Shown here one piece after another: positions 22,601 through 36,200 of a stretch of DNA of 64,000 bases. Made by a program: the position numbers and the translations under genes. Each line of letters begins with the position of its first letter. Position 1 is the stretch's first letter. Under the pieces are notes generated by a model. It made no database searches and had not been told where the DNA came from. It saw only the letters and a list, made by a program, of their open reading frames with translations. Source of the stretch: Macrostomum lignano (Eukaryota); contig NIVC01000391.1 of assembly GCA_002269645.1 (NCBI GenBank), positions 571,207 through 635,206 on the forward strand, written 5' to 3'.

Positions 22601-25543
22601 TTAGATACACTATATATGAGAATTAAAAGCCAGCACGAACCTCGATTTGCACAGTCTCGATGTTGGGCTGCTGCTGCGGCTGCTGCTTCTGCCCGGCCGT
22701 CAGGCTCCGTTTAGACGAGCTCAGCACCCGGCGCTCGCCGATCTCCACCTCCGGGAAGCCTTTGTCATAGTCCGAATCGATCCGGTCCGCCCGGGGCGTC
22801 GGCCGCGAGTCCGCCGCGTCCGCACCGCCCCAGCCGTCATCGGCTGCGGCCGCTGATGGTGACAGGTTGTGCAGCTGCTTCGGACTCGGGTGCCGGACGC
22901 CCGACTGCGACCTGCCGCCGCCGCCGCCGCTGCCGCCGCCACTGGATGGCCGCTGGCTGGAGGACGATCGACGCTGCTGCTGGGGAGCCGGCTGCTCCGC
23001 CGACGGCTTTCCACTGGCGCTGTGCGGCGGCTGCTTCTGCTGCTTCCTGGCCTGCTCCTGCTGGGCGATGGCCTGCCGGCGCTTTGCCTCGTCTTTCTCC
23101 TGCTGCGCCTTCTGGCGAGCTCGGGACAGAATCTTGCTCTGGCCTGCGGGTGTGGGACAGTTTAGAGGGCTGGCAGATAGGAGCGATGAGATCAACAGAT
23201 AGGCGATAGGGGATAAAGCGAACGCAGTGAGGGGCGGATGCGAGATCGCGGAAGTGGTTACAGAAGGGAAGAGGGCGGATGCGGTAGATTGAAAGAGGAC
23301 GGATCTGACAGGGAGAGAGCGGATCAGGTAGGGGAGGGAGTGGATCTGTAAAGGGGATAGGTCTGGCAGGGTAGGGAGCGGGTCTGGCAGGGGAGGGAGC
23401 GGGTCTGGCAGGGGAGGGAGCGGGTCTGGCAGGGTAGGGAGCGGGTCTGGCAGGGTAGGGAGCGGGTCTGGCAGGGGAGGGAGCGGGTCTGGCAGGGTAG
23501 GGAGCGGGTCTGACACGGGAGGGAGCGGGTCTGGCAGGGGAGGGAGCGGGTCTGACAGGGGAGGGAGCGGGTCTGGCAGGGTAGGGAGCGGGTCTGGCAG
23601 GGGAGCGAGCGGGTCTGGCAGGGTAGGGAGCGGGTTTTACAGGGGAGGGAGCGGGTCTGGCAGGGGAGGGAGCGGGTCTGACAGGGGAGGGAGCGGGTCT
23701 GACAGGGGAGGGAGCGGGTCTGGCAGGGTAGGGAGCGGGTCTGGCAGGGGAGGGAGCGGGTCTTACAGGGGAGGGAGCGGGTCTGACAGGGTAGGGAGCG
23801 GGTCTGGCAGGGGAGGGAGCGGGTCTTACAGGGGAGGGAGCGGGTCTGACAGGGTAGGGAGCGGGTTTTACAGTGGAGGGAGCGGGTCTGGCAGGGGAGG
23901 GAGCGGATATGATAGGGGGGAGCAGATGTGGCAAAGAAGGCAGCGGATCTGGCATAGGAGAGAGATAAACCATAGAGTGAGCATAGAGGGTTAAGATTCA
24001 CTGATACAGTGCCGGATGCACACACAAAAGGATGGGGAGCAGCACACAAATATGAAGCGATGAAATTTGCCCCGACAAAGCCTCATACCTCCAGAGTTCT
24101 GACTCTTCAGCTTGATCTGTTTCTCCCGTTCGATATTCTGCGAAGCGCTTAACGGCTGGGTGAACTTGCTGCGCATCTGGATGGTGGCATCGTCCACATC
24201 GATGCCGTCGACCACCCATTCGTGCCTGAGCAGCTCCGGCCAGTTCAGCCGCTTTCGCGGATCTTTCTGCAGCAGGCCCTGCAAGAAGCTCCGACAGCCC
24301 GCAGACATGGTGGACGGCCAGTGGATGGATTCGTTGACCACCTTGCGAACAAGCTGAAAGAGGAATGAAAGAAAATTTAGAAATCTGTTTATTCAACTTC
24401 AGTGACAATTTAATGGCAATCCACAAAAAAGGTAAACGGCAGGATTAACTATGCACGCTTCTACAACACAATACCCCTCGTCATCCAATTAGTGATTCTA
24501 CAAAGAGCTTATTAGCAAACTAACCCAGCCAAGCTCACCTCGATAATGTTGTTAGTAGAGAACGGCGGGCTTCCGGTAAGCAATTCGTAAAGAATGCAGC
24601 CCAAGGCCCACAAGTCCGCAGAGTGATCGTATGGCTTCTCCTCCATGAGCTCGGGCGACATGTACAGCGGCGTGCCCTTGATGCTGGTCAGCACCATCGT
24701 GTTTATGCCCATGCTGCGGGCGAATCCGAAGTCGCACAGCTTCACTGCGCCATTATTGCCAAGCAGGATGTTTTGCGGCTTCATGTCTCGGTGCAGGATG
24801 CTGTGAGCGTGCAGGTAATAGAGGGCCGACACCAGCTGGCAGGCGATGCTGCGGACCTGAGATAAGGTCGAGTGACGGGGTGAGTGAGTGAGTGAGTGAG
24901 TGAGTGACCAAACTGGTGAATGAGTAGGTAAGTGAGTAAGTGAGTGAGTGATTGAGTATTTGAGTGACTAAATTCATGAATGAGTGAGTGGGTGAATGGA
25001 TGAGTGAGTCAGCGAGTGAGTGAGTGACAAATTGGTGAATGAGTGGGTGACTGAGTGAGTTAACGAGTGAGTGTCTAAATGAGTGAACGAGTGAGTGACT
25101 AAATGAGTGAACGAGTGAGTATGAGTGACTAAAGTAATTAGTGAATGTGAGTGAATCAGCGGTGAGTGAGTGACTAACTGACAGAAAGCGCTCACAATTT
25201 CCTCTGGCAGCTGCATGTCATCCTCCAGGATCTGCAGCAGCTCGCCGTGCGCGTACTCGGTGACCGCCACCACCTCCTTCTCGGTCTCGAAAGTGTCCAG
25301 CATTCGCACAATGTTCTGATGCTTCAGACCCTGCATGATGTCGATTTCTTTCTTGAGATTTCGCAGCTCCCTGGCGCTCTTGGTGCCCTTCGGGATGAAC
25401 TTGAGCGCGACAACTTCGCTGCTGAACTTCTTGCGGCCGCGGAAGACCCGGCCGAAGCTGCCCTCGCCGATGCAGTCCATCACGTGGTAGCCGTTCACCG
25501 TGGCGACGCTGGCGGCCCCAGGGCCGGCTGAGGGACTCGACAT
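10661..25543 (-). CDS. STK36: Serine/threonine kinase 36 / Fused, 15 exons, about 1,420 aa
   Basis: Exons 25196-25543, 24539-24856, 24089-24353, 22641-23143, 21168-21391, 20872-21096, 19779-19884, 19489-19645 (alternative acceptor 19636), 18068-18411, 17177-17271, 15285-15872, 13396-13515, 11962-12121, 11593-11799 and 10661-11272. All introns are GT-AG with matching phases (4,272 nt). Kinase motifs [30 protein letters not shown]; Fused-type DSDDEW and [10 protein letters not shown]; C-terminal ARM/HEAT region. An upstream in-frame ATG at 25570 is an alternative start. Confidence 0.93.
11340..11520. repeat. 27-bp repeat (GTCACGTGACTATGTAAGCAGATTTCA)n in the last STK36 intron
   Basis: Motif starts at 11347, 11374, 11401, 11428, 11455, 11482 (variant) and 11509. 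Confidence 0.93.
12172..13388. repeat. 35-bp minisatellite (CTGCAGATGTCAGCAGCAGTGATCCCACACCCAGT)n, STK36 intron
   Basis: Directly visible, 35-bp spacing. Confidence 0.96.
14030..15047. repeat. 20-bp minisatellite (AGGATGGAATGATTGGTCTT)n, STK36 intron
   Basis: Directly visible. Confidence 0.96.
15935..17040. repeat. 19/20-bp minisatellite (GGGATGGTATGGGGTCCTTC / GGGACGGTATGGGGTCTTT), STK36 intron
   Basis: Directly visible, with higher-order periodicity. Confidence 0.95.
17428..17996. repeat. About 36-bp minisatellite (GAGATTTTGAGACCCTACAAAATGAGGATCTCATAT)n, STK36 intron
   Basis: Directly visible; unit junctions create the palindrome ATCTCATATGAGAT. Confidence 0.92.
18552..19385. repeat. 30-bp C/T-rich minisatellite (TCACTCTCTCCTTTATCACCCTCTCCCTTG)n, STK36 intron
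   Basis: Directly visible. Confidence 0.94.
19928..20840. repeat. 35-bp minisatellite (GCAGATTCTGTCACTGACCAA[C/T]CAGAGAGCAACAG)n, STK36 intron
   Basis: Directly visible. Confidence 0.95.
21560..22550. repeat. 33-bp minisatellite (TAGGTTGGTTGCTAAGGAGAACTATGAATATTG)n, STK36 intron
   Basis: Directly visible. Confidence 0.94.
23360..23905. repeat. 20-bp G-rich minisatellite (GGGAGGGAGCGGGTCTGGCA)n, STK36 intron
   Basis: Directly visible. Confidence 0.95.
24875..25175. repeat. Degenerate (TGAG)n microsatellite, STK36 intron 1
   Basis: Directly visible. Confidence 0.9.
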
Positions 25544-25689
25544 GCCGCCGTCCAATGGGAGAGCATGCAAATTGCAGTGATCAGTGAATTCTCATTTTGA
25601 ACGGGGTGCGCGTGCGCAACGCCTACTGATAAAAGTAGAAAGGCATGAAAATAAAGATAAAACGATCCTGATTCAGCTAAACTTCTTCT

Positions 25690-25995
25690 TATCTAGCTAA
25701 TATCAGGATGGTCTAGTTAATCTCATCATAATCTGGCTAATCTCATCCTGATCTAGCTAATCTCATCCTGATTTAGCTAATCTCATCCTGATTTAGCTAA
25801 TCTCATCCTGATCTAGCTAATCTCACCCTGATCTAGCTAATCTCACCCTGATCTAGCTAATCTCATCCTGATCTAGCTAATCCCATCCTGATCTAGCTAA
25901 TCTCATCCTGATCTAGCTAATCTTATCCTGATCTAGCTAATCTCACCCTGATATAGCTAATCCCACCCTGATCTAGCTAATCTCAGCTAGATCTA
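25690..25995. repeat. 20-bp minisatellite (TCTCATCCTGATCTAGCTAA)n upstream of STK36
   Basis: Directly visible. Confidence 0.93.
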
Positions 25996-26345
25996 TAGAT
26001 TGTTATCAAATCCTAGTTAGAGAAAGCAAATAAAACGAGAGCAAACTGATAACAAAATATTATATTTGAAAATCGCAAACCAGGGCCACAGACTGACAGC
26101 TGGATATGCGCAATAAATCAATGTGTAATTCCGCTCCGAACTTATCATCAAATTGTGAATCAGTGTAATTGGCAACACGAGGATTAGTATAACTAAGTAT
26201 AGACATATAATTAAGTATAGATAAGGAAATTGTTTAGAATTTGACTCCAATTGTACAATAATTAAACGAGTGCATCATGTTAATTACTGGGATAGTTATA
26301 TTATTGAATTTAGAATTACAAATGAGTACGTTACTTAAAATATTC

Positions 26346-26600
26346 ATCTACAGACTGGGATCATAGATCTACAGACTGGGATCATAGATCTACAGACTGG
26401 GATCATAGATCTACAGACTGGGATCATAGATCTACAGACTGGGATCATAGATCTACAGACTGGGATCATAGATCTACAGACTGGGATCATAGATCTACAG
26501 ACTGGGATTATAGATCTACAGACTGGGATTATAGATCTACAGACTACGATTATAGATCTACAGACTAGGATCATAGATCTACAGACTGGGGTTATAAATC
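26346..26600. repeat. 21-bp minisatellite (GATCTACAGACTGGGATCATA)n
   Basis: Directly visible. Confidence 0.94.
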
Positions 26601-27267
26601 TAAAGTAGGCGAACAGGAATATAATTTTCAGTACAATAACCGTCAAATATAACTGGAATAAAACAATAAATAACTGAAACTGACCACAAACAACTATTAC
26701 AAAGTTCTGGCCTCATAAAACAATAAACTGTATAATGAGGAGAGCTCCATAGCCGGTAATATACGGGAATGCATATAGAACAAACATTAAACACCCAATA
26801 ACCGACTGGCTTGGATGCAGTGAGAACTGAAGAGGTAAATATCTGAGTAGGATAGCATACAGCAACTGAGAACATGGTAATGAGCATTGAAGCAAAGAGT
26901 ATCACAAAAATCATGTAAAAATATAATTAGGAATAAGAATATAACGTTATATAAAAGTTATAATTAAGAGCACAAATTAATTTTGTTAATCTTGCGACAG
27001 ACCGAACCAAAAATAAAATAATTCTTGTGCACTTCATAAACAGTTTATATAAATCATATCAACAGGTGTGAATTCCATTATAACTTGTTGAGAATGTGTT
27101 CGGTCTGAACATTTCAAGATGCATACATAATAAGTACTACATAATAACTGACTATTTATCGCAATGGAACACCAACAAAAACCAACTGATTAGCAAATTG
27201 GGACAAAAATATTAGCATTGGAATTGACCAGTAAGTACAGATTGTACTTTGTAACAGACATTTTTTA

Positions 27268-30200
27268 TCACTCGGCATCTGAGCCTCGCTGCGGGCAGGT
27301 GGACTTCAGCAGGTCGGCCGGGGACACGGTCGGATGATCGTCGCACGAGAAGGCGTAGCCGGAGCCTGGGGGCGGCGGTGGTGGGTGAGCATGAGCTGGG
27401 GTGGGGCCTGAGTCTGGGCTTACCCTGAGCTGAGATTGTTTTATGCGATGGAGTTCAGGAACCTCACCCTATAGATTGAGATGGAATTCAGGAATCTCAC
27501 CCAATACATTGAGATAGAATTCGGGAATCTCACCCTATAGATTGAGATGGAATTCAGGAATCTCACCCTATACATTGAGATGGAATTCAGGAATCTCACC
27601 CTATACATTGAGATAGAATTCGGGAATCTCACCCTATAGATTGAGATGGAATTCAGGAATCTCACCCTATACATTGAGATAGAATTCAGGAATCTCACCC
27701 TATAGATTGAGATGGAATTCAGGAATCTCACCCTATACATTGAGATGGAATTCAGGAATCTCACCCTATAGATTCAGATGGAATTCAGGAATCTCACCCT
27801 ATACATTGAGATGGAATTCAGGAATCTCACCCTATACATTGAGATAGAATTCAGGAATCTCACCCTATACATTGAGATGGAATTCAGGAATCTCACCCTA
27901 TACATTGAGATGGAATTCAGGAATCTGACTCTATACATTGAGATAGAATTCAGGAATCTCACCCTATACATTGAGATGGAATTCAGGAATCTCACCCTAT
28001 AGATTGAGATGGAATTCAGGAATCTCACCCTATACATTGAGATGGAATTCAGGAATCTCACCCTATACATTGAGATGGAATTCAGGAATCTCACCCTATA
28101 CATTGAGATAGAATTCAGGAATCTCACCCTATACATTGAGATGGAATTCAGGAATCTCACCCTATACATTGAGATGGAATTCAGGAATCTCACCCTATAC
28201 ATTGAGATGGAATTCAGGAATCTCACCCTATACATTGAGATGGAATTCAGGAATCTTACCATACAGTTTGAGAATGGCATTCAGGAATCTCACCCTATAG
28301 ATTGAGATGGAATTCAGGAATCTCACCCTATACATTGAGATGGAATTCAGGAATCTTACCATACAGTTTGAGAATGGCATTCAGGAATCTCACCCTATAG
28401 ATTGAGATGGAATTCAGGAATCTCACCCTATACATTGAGATGGAATTCAGGAATCTTACCATACAGTTTGAGAATGGCATTCAGGAATCTCACCCTATAG
28501 ATTAAGATGGAATTTAGGAATCTCACCATATACATTGAGATAGAATTCAGGAATCTCACCCTATAGATTCAGATGGAATTCAGGAATCTCACCCTACACA
28601 TTGAGATAGATTTCAGGAATCTCACCCTATAGATTCAGATGGAATTCAGGAATCTCACCCTATAGATTGAGATGGAATTCAGGAATCTCACCCTATACAT
28701 TGAGATAGAATTCAGGAATCTCACCCTATAGATTCAGATGGAATTCAGGAATCTCACCTTATAGATTGAGAATGACATTCAGGAATCTCACCCTATAGAT
28801 TGAGATGGAATTCAGGAATCTTACCATACAGATTGAGAATGGCATTCAGGAATCTCACCCTATAGATTGAGATGGAATTCAGGAATCTCACCCTATAGAT
28901 TGAGAATGGCATTCAGGAATCTCACTCTATACATTGAGATGGAATTCAGGAATCTCACCCTATACATTGAGATGGAATTCAGGAATCTGACTCTATACAT
29001 TGAGATAGAATTCAGGAATCTCACCGTATAGATTGAGAATGGCATTCAGGAATCTCACCCTATAGATTGAGATGAAATTCAGGAATCTCACCCTATAGAT
29101 TGAGATGGAATTCAGGAATCTGACTCTATACATTGAGATAGAATTCAGGAATCTCACCCTATACATTGAGATGGAATTCAGGAATCTCACCCTATAGATT
29201 GAGATGGAATTCAGGAATCTCACCCTATACATTGAGATGGAATTCAGGAATCTCACCCTATACATTGAGATGGAATTCAGGAATCTCACCCTATAGATTG
29301 AGATAGAATTCAGGAATCTCACCCTATACATTGAGATGGAATTCAGGAATCTCACCCTATACATTGAGATGGAATTCAGGAATCTCACCCTATACATTGA
29401 GATGGAATTCAGGAATCTCACCCTATACATTGAGATGGAATTCAGGAATCTTACCATACAGTTTGAGAATGGCATTCAGGAATCTCACCCTATAGATTGA
29501 GATGGAATTCAGGAATCTCACCCTATACATTGAGATGGAATTCAGGAATCTTACCATACAGTTTGAGAATGGCATTCAGGAATCTCACCCTATAGATTAA
29601 GATGGAATTTAGGAATCTCACCATATACATTGAGATAGAATTCAGGAATCTCACCCTATAGATTCAGATGGAATTCAGGAATCTCACCCTACACATTGAG
29701 ATAGATTTCAGGAATCTCACCCTATAGATTCAGATGGAATTCAGGAATCTCACCCTATACATTGAGATGGAATTCAGGAATCTCACCCTATAGATTGAGA
29801 TGAAATTCAGGAATCTCACCCTATAGATTGAGATGGAATTCAGGAATCTCACCCTATAGATTCAGATGGAATTCAGGAATCTCACCCTATACATTGAGAT
29901 GGAATTCAGGAATCTCACCCTATACATTGAGATGGAATTCAGGAATCTCACCCTATACATTGAGATAGAATTCAGGAATCTCACCCTATACATTGAGATG
30001 GAATTCAGGAATCTCACCCTATACATTGAGATGGAATTCAGGAATCTCACCCTATACATTGAGATGGAATTCAGGAATCTCACCCTATAGATTGAGATGG
30101 AATTCAGGAATCTTACCCTATACATTGAGATAGATTTCAGGAATCTCACCCTATAGATTAACAAATGGATGAGTGCAATAGCTCAATCAGAAGCCAACAC

Positions 30201-33200
30201 CAAACAGCAGCAGCATTGATAACTCACGGTTGTTGGCTCCGGCCGCCATCTGGTCGATATTATCGGCAACCGATTGCGACACGGGCACGGGGGCCTTGCG
30301 CCGGAATAATGGACGGCCGAGCAGACGGACTGTCTCCGTCATCCTGCGGGACGAATGGGAAGAAGACAAGGATTTGGTTAAGCAGTGGTACGGGATTAAG
30401 GGTAAAATCATATGGATCAAGTTGGCAGCTCGATATCTAAAGGCGATGTTGGGATCTGGGAAGCTGGGTGGGTAATTTGTTTGCAGTTTTTTTAAAAACC
30501 AAGGCAAGACATTGAAATCCAGGAGGCATGCATTATTGAACAGGCCGCTGAAAACAGACTTTGAAAAACCCATTAGTTAGAAAAGATAAGATATGAATAG
30601 ATATTAAAAAGTGTCCAGCTACTCAAGCTTCAAACGTTGGCGACGGTAACTGGAGACTTAAGTGTGTCGGCTGAAAAATTACACATCATCTACTTCAAAT
30701 AGCGCTACCTTGGTGTTAAGGGCTTTTATGTAATCAGTAAGGTTCCTTGGTTGCTGAGTGAGGGTTCCCTTGGTTGCTGAGTGAGGGTTCCCTTGGTTGC
30801 TGAATCAGGATGCATTAGTTACTGAGTGAGGATTCTTTACTTGCTGAATGAGGGTTCCTTGGTTGCCGAGTAAGGATTAGTTGGTTGCTGAGTCAGGATT
30901 AGTTGGTTGCTAAGTGGGGGTTCCTTGGTTGCTGAGTCAGGATTAGTTGGTTGCTAAGTGGGGGTCCCTTGGTTGCTGAGTCAGGATTAGTTGGTTGCTA
31001 AGTGGGGGTTCCTTGGTTGCTGAGTCAGGATTAGTTGGTTGCTAAGTGGGGGTTCCTTGGTTGCTGAGTCAGGATTAGTTGGTTGCTAAGTGGAGGTTCC
31101 TTGGTTGCTGAGTCAGGATTAGTTGGTTGCTAAGTGGGGGTTCCTTGGTTGCTGAGTCAGGATTAGTTGGTTGCTAAGTGGGGGTTCCTTGGTTGCTGAG
31201 TCAGGATTAGTTGGTTGCTAAGTGGGGGTTCCTTGGTTGCTAAGTGGAGGTTCCTTGGTTGCTAAGTGGAGGTTCCTTGGTTGCTAAGTGGGGTTCCTTG
31301 GTTGCTGAGTCAGGATTAGTTGGTTGCTAAGTGGGGGTCCCTTGGTTGCTGAGTCAGTATTAGTTGGTTGCTAAGTGGGGGTCCCTTGGTTGCTGAGTCA
31401 GGATTAGTTGGTTGCTAAGCGGGGGTTCCTTAGTTGCTGAGTGAGGGTTCCTAAGTGCTGAGGGAGTAAGTTGCTGACCGATGGTCTCAAGCATCAGAGA
31501 CCTAAGCCAATTACCTCTTGTAAGTATTTCTGAGCAGCACGCTGGACGGATCCCTCTGCAGCTTCTCCATCTCCATGACCTCCTCGCGCAGAGTCTTGGC
31601 GCAGGTCCGCCTGTAGGCAGTCCAAGCCAAGTCTCTGGTCAGGGCCAGCAGCGGCGCCAGCAGCACCAGGAACCAGAAATTGGCGGAGCCGAACAGGGCC
31701 CAGTCGAATCCCACCACCTCTGCGAAGTTCGAGCCAACATGCGGATAGAGATTGGCCGACAGGGCCACGAACCCGAAGTAGGTGGCCACGCTGCCCCAGA
31801 TGGCCAGGTGAGACAGGCCGGTCCAGGCTGTGTGCTCAATGCCTGCCTTCAGTGCCACAGTCACCACGGCCAGCGAGTACACCGTGCTGCCCAGGTAGTA
31901 CAGACCGGACACCTGGCCGTTGGGAAACACGGAGCCGTGCCACAGAGCCAGGGCCACGCAGCCAAATATGATGGCCGAGTGGTAAACACCTGCGGGGCAG
32001 TTGGAATGCATGACGGCTTTTAACAGGTATTCGATTCTAATCCATTCAGCGATAATCGAATCTGCCTCGCCTCTGCTTCAATCTGCCTCTCCTCTGCTTC
32101 AATCTGCCTCTCCTCTGCTTCAATCTGCTTCTCCTCTGCTCCAATCTGCCTCTCCTCTGCTTCAATCTGCCTCTCCTCTGCTTTAATCTGCCTCTCCTCT
32201 GCTTCAATCTGCCTCTCCTCTGCTTCAATCTGCCTCTCCTCTGCTTCAATCTGCTTCTCCTCTGCTCCAATCTGCCTCTCCTCTGCTTCAATCTGCCTCT
32301 CCTCTGCTTTAATCTGCCTCTCCTCTGCTTCAATCTGCCTCTCCTCTGCTTCAATCTGCTTCTCCTCTGCTCCAATCTGCCTCTCCTCTGCTTCAATCTG
32401 CCTCTCCCCTGCTTCAATCTGCCTCTCCCAAGCTTCAATCTGCCTCTCCCATGCTTCAATCTGCCTCTCCCCTGCTTCAATCTGCCTCTCCCATGCTTCA
32501 ATCTGCCTCTCCCATGCTTCAATCTGCCTCTCCCAAGCTTCAATCTGCCTCTCCCCTGCTTCAATCTGCCTCTCCCAAGCTTCAATCTGCCTCTCCCATG
32601 CTTCAATCTGCCTCTCCCATGCTTCAATCTGCCTCTCCCAAGCTTCAATCTGCCTCTCCCATGCTTCAATCTGCCTCTCCCCTGCTTCAATCTGCCTCTC
32701 CTCTGCTTCAATCTGCCTCTCAGCTGTTTCAATCTGCCTCTCCTCTGCTTCAATCTGCCTCTCCCCTGCTTCAATCTGCCTCTCCCCTGCTTCAATCTGC
32801 CTCTCCCCTGCTTCAATCTGCCTCTCCCCTGCTTCAATCTGCCTCGCCTCTGCTTCAATCTGCCTCGCCTCTGCTTCAATCTGCCTCTCAGCTGTTTCAA
32901 TCTGCCTCACCTGTCAGATCATTGAATCTGACACTGTTCCCTCACTCAATCCGTCATGTTATCAATAAGTACCGCAGCCTCCCCTCTCCAGCCAACAGCC
33001 AAACTCACCATTAAGCATCCACAGCGCGAACACCTTGAAATTGTAGCGCCCGCTGCCCTGGTTCTCCTTGTACAGCTGCGGGTAGCGCATGCAGTTCTCC
33101 TGCGAGCAGGACCGGTCAAAGATGCCCAGGGCGAACGGCGTGGCCCCGGTGAAGAACACATTGTACAGACCCTGGGTCCACTTCTCGAACATGACTTGGC

Positions 33201-36200
33201 CGGAGAAACCAGAGGCCATGGCGAACCAGAACGAGGTGATGTACAGGGTGAGGTTCTTGTAGAAGGAGAACAGGATCACTATGGTGACGCGGTGGTAGCT
33301 CCAGGCACCGTGCACGAAGAGCAACTTTTTGAGGAAGCGGAACTGGGCCAGAGCGTAGTCGGAGGCGGCCGCGGCCTGCGGTGCGAAATTTATGAATATA
33401 TGCGATTATTAATGAGTATCTTCGCGCATACTATTTATAGAACTGAATTTGCCATTTTTACAATGCAACACACCATTTTCAAGATTGAATACACGATTTT
33501 AGAATCTAAAAACATGCCACTTCTATAATCTTAAACATGCCACGTCTAGAATCTAACATGCCATTTGTAGAATCTTAATATGCCATTTGTAGAATCTTAA
33601 TATGCCATTTGTAGAATCTTAATATGCCATTTGTAGAATCTAACACTTCTAGAATCTAACATGCCACTTCTAGAATCTAACATGCCACTTCTAGAATCTA
33701 ACATGCCACTTCTAGAATCTAACATGCCACTTCTAGAATCTAACATGCCACTTCTAGAATCTAACATGCCACTTCTAGAATCTAACATGCCACTTCTAGA
33801 ATCTAACATGCCACTTCTAGAATCTAACATGCCACTTCTAGAATCTAACATGCCACTTCTAGAATCTAACATGCCACTTCTAGAATCTAACATGCCACTT
33901 CTAGAATCTAACATGCCACTTCTAGAATCTAACATGCCACTTCTAGAATCTAACATGCCACTTCTAGAATCTAACATGCCACTTCTAGAATCTAACATGC
34001 CACTTCTAGAATCTAACATGCCACTTCTAGAATCTAACATGCCACTTCTAGAATCTAACATGCCACTTCTAGAATCTAACATGCCACTTCTAGAATCTAA
34101 CATGCCACTTCTAGAATCTAACATGCCACTTCTAGAATCTAACATGCCACTTCTAGAATCTAACATGCCACTTCTAGAATCTAACATGCCACTTCTAGAA
34201 TCTAACATGCCACTTCTAGAATCTAACATGCCACTTCAAGAATCGAACATGCCATTGTTGTATTAAATGACTGCCAATAAGCGGCTCCGGTCCCTTCTCA
34301 CCTGCAGGCCCTCCTTGCCCTTCAGCCCGACCCCGACGTGGCTCTCCTGAATCATTGGTACGTCGTTGGCGCCGTCCCCGATGGCCAGCGTGACGGCGGT
34401 CGGCAGGGCCTCGCGCACGTATCGGACCACGTCGGACTTCTGCTTGGGGCTGACTCGGCAGCAGATCACCGTGCGGCACTGCAGACAGACCTCCAGGAAC
34501 TCCGCCCGCAGCTCCGGCCTGCCCGCCCAGGCCAGGGCTTCGCCTTCGACAACCAGCGCCGGCTCCTTGCTGCTGCCCTCCAGGCCGCCGACCCAGGACT
34601 GCAGAGCGGCGACTTTCGACCGGACATCGTCCAGGCCGGAACCCGTGAGGGTGCGCACCTCCATGCCCGACTGCAGCAGCCGGCAGGAGTAGCCGATGTT
34701 GATGGCCGTCTCCAGCTTGTCGCCAGTGAGCACCCAGATTCGAATCCCGGCTAGCAGCAGGTCGTTAATGGTAGCCGGGACGCCCACCTGCAGCTTGTCC
34801 TCGATGGCTGTGGCGCCCAGCAGCTCCAGGTTCTGCGGTTAGCGTACATGTACCCTTATGTTTACAAATCCCATGACTTCACCCGAAATGTGTCACGAAT
34901 CCCATGACTTCACCCGAAATGTGTCACGAATCCCATGACTTCACTCGAAATGTGTCACAAATTCCATGACTTCACCCGAAATGTGTCACAAATCCCATGA
35001 CTTCACCCGAAATGATCACAAATCCCATGACTTCACCCGAAATGTGTCACAAATCCCATGACTTCACCCGAAATGTGTCACGAATCCCATGACTTCACCC
35101 GAAATGTGTCACGAATCCCATGACTTCACCCGAAATGTGTCACGAATCCCATGACTTCACCCGAAATGTGTCACGAATCCCATGACTTCACCCGAAATGT
35201 GTCACAAATCCCATGACTTCACCCGAAATGTGTCACAAATCCCATGACTTCACCCGAAATGTGTCACGAATCCCATGACTTCACCCGAAATGTGTCACAA
35301 ATCCCATGACTTCACCCGAAATGTGTCACAAATCCCATGACTTCACCCGAAATGTGTCACAAATCCCATGACTTCACCCGAAATATGTCACAAATCCCAT
35401 GACTTCCTCAATATGTTCACATATCCCATGAATTAGCCAAAATGTTCACAAATCCTATTAATTCCTGAATATGTTCACAAATCCCATAAATTCACCCGCA
35501 ATGATAACAAATCCCATGACTTCCCCAATATGTTCACAAATCCCATGAATTCACCCGAAATGTTCACAAATCCCATGAATTCACCCGAAATGTTCACATA
35601 TCCCATGAATTCCCCAAAATGTTAACAAATCCTTATAACTTCACTAATCTTATCAATTTTCAAAATAACTGTGAGACTTGACAACTTCACAAAAAACTTT
35701 ACTAATCCCAAAACTTGTCAAATCCTGCACCAGCATAAAATAAATGGGCAAATCCCGGATCCCCGAGAATGGCAGCCTCACAGTTTCAATCTTGGAAGCA
35801 ACATCCGCTAGCAGCTGCTCGCGATTTTCCACATGGTTGCAAGCCCGCTGGTACTCGGCCTCCAGCTGCTCCCATCGGCTCGGCTCGATTCGGGCGGTTG
35901 CTATGCAGAGCGTGCGCAGTCCGGCCACGGCGAATTTCTCCATGTGGGCGGTGGTGTCCTGAGCGTGGCGCTCGCTGCCCAGGCGCGAGTAGATCGCCGA
36001 GTCCTGGAATTTGTTTGTTTATTTTGTGTGACTTTGGTTGTTTATCTTGTGTGCCTTTGGTTGTTTATCCTGTGTGACTTTGGTTGTTTATCTTGTGTGC
36101 CTTTGGTTGTTTATCTTGTGTCCTTTTGGTTGTTTATCTTGTGTGCCTTTGGTTGTTTATCTTGTGTGCTTTTGTTTGTTTATCTTCTGTGACTTTGTTT

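Noticed and set aside
10647-25531. GC-rich antisense and alternate-frame ORFs overlapping STK36 exons (also over HMT and flippase exons)
   Set aside because: Expected shadow ORFs of high-GC coding sequence; no domain motifs.
32020-32910. 296-aa coiled-coil-like ORF (ERQIEAE)n on the flippase strand
   Set aside because: The 21-bp unit mimics a heptad; the flanking exons already join in frame (LNG|VYHS) with no need for an insertion.
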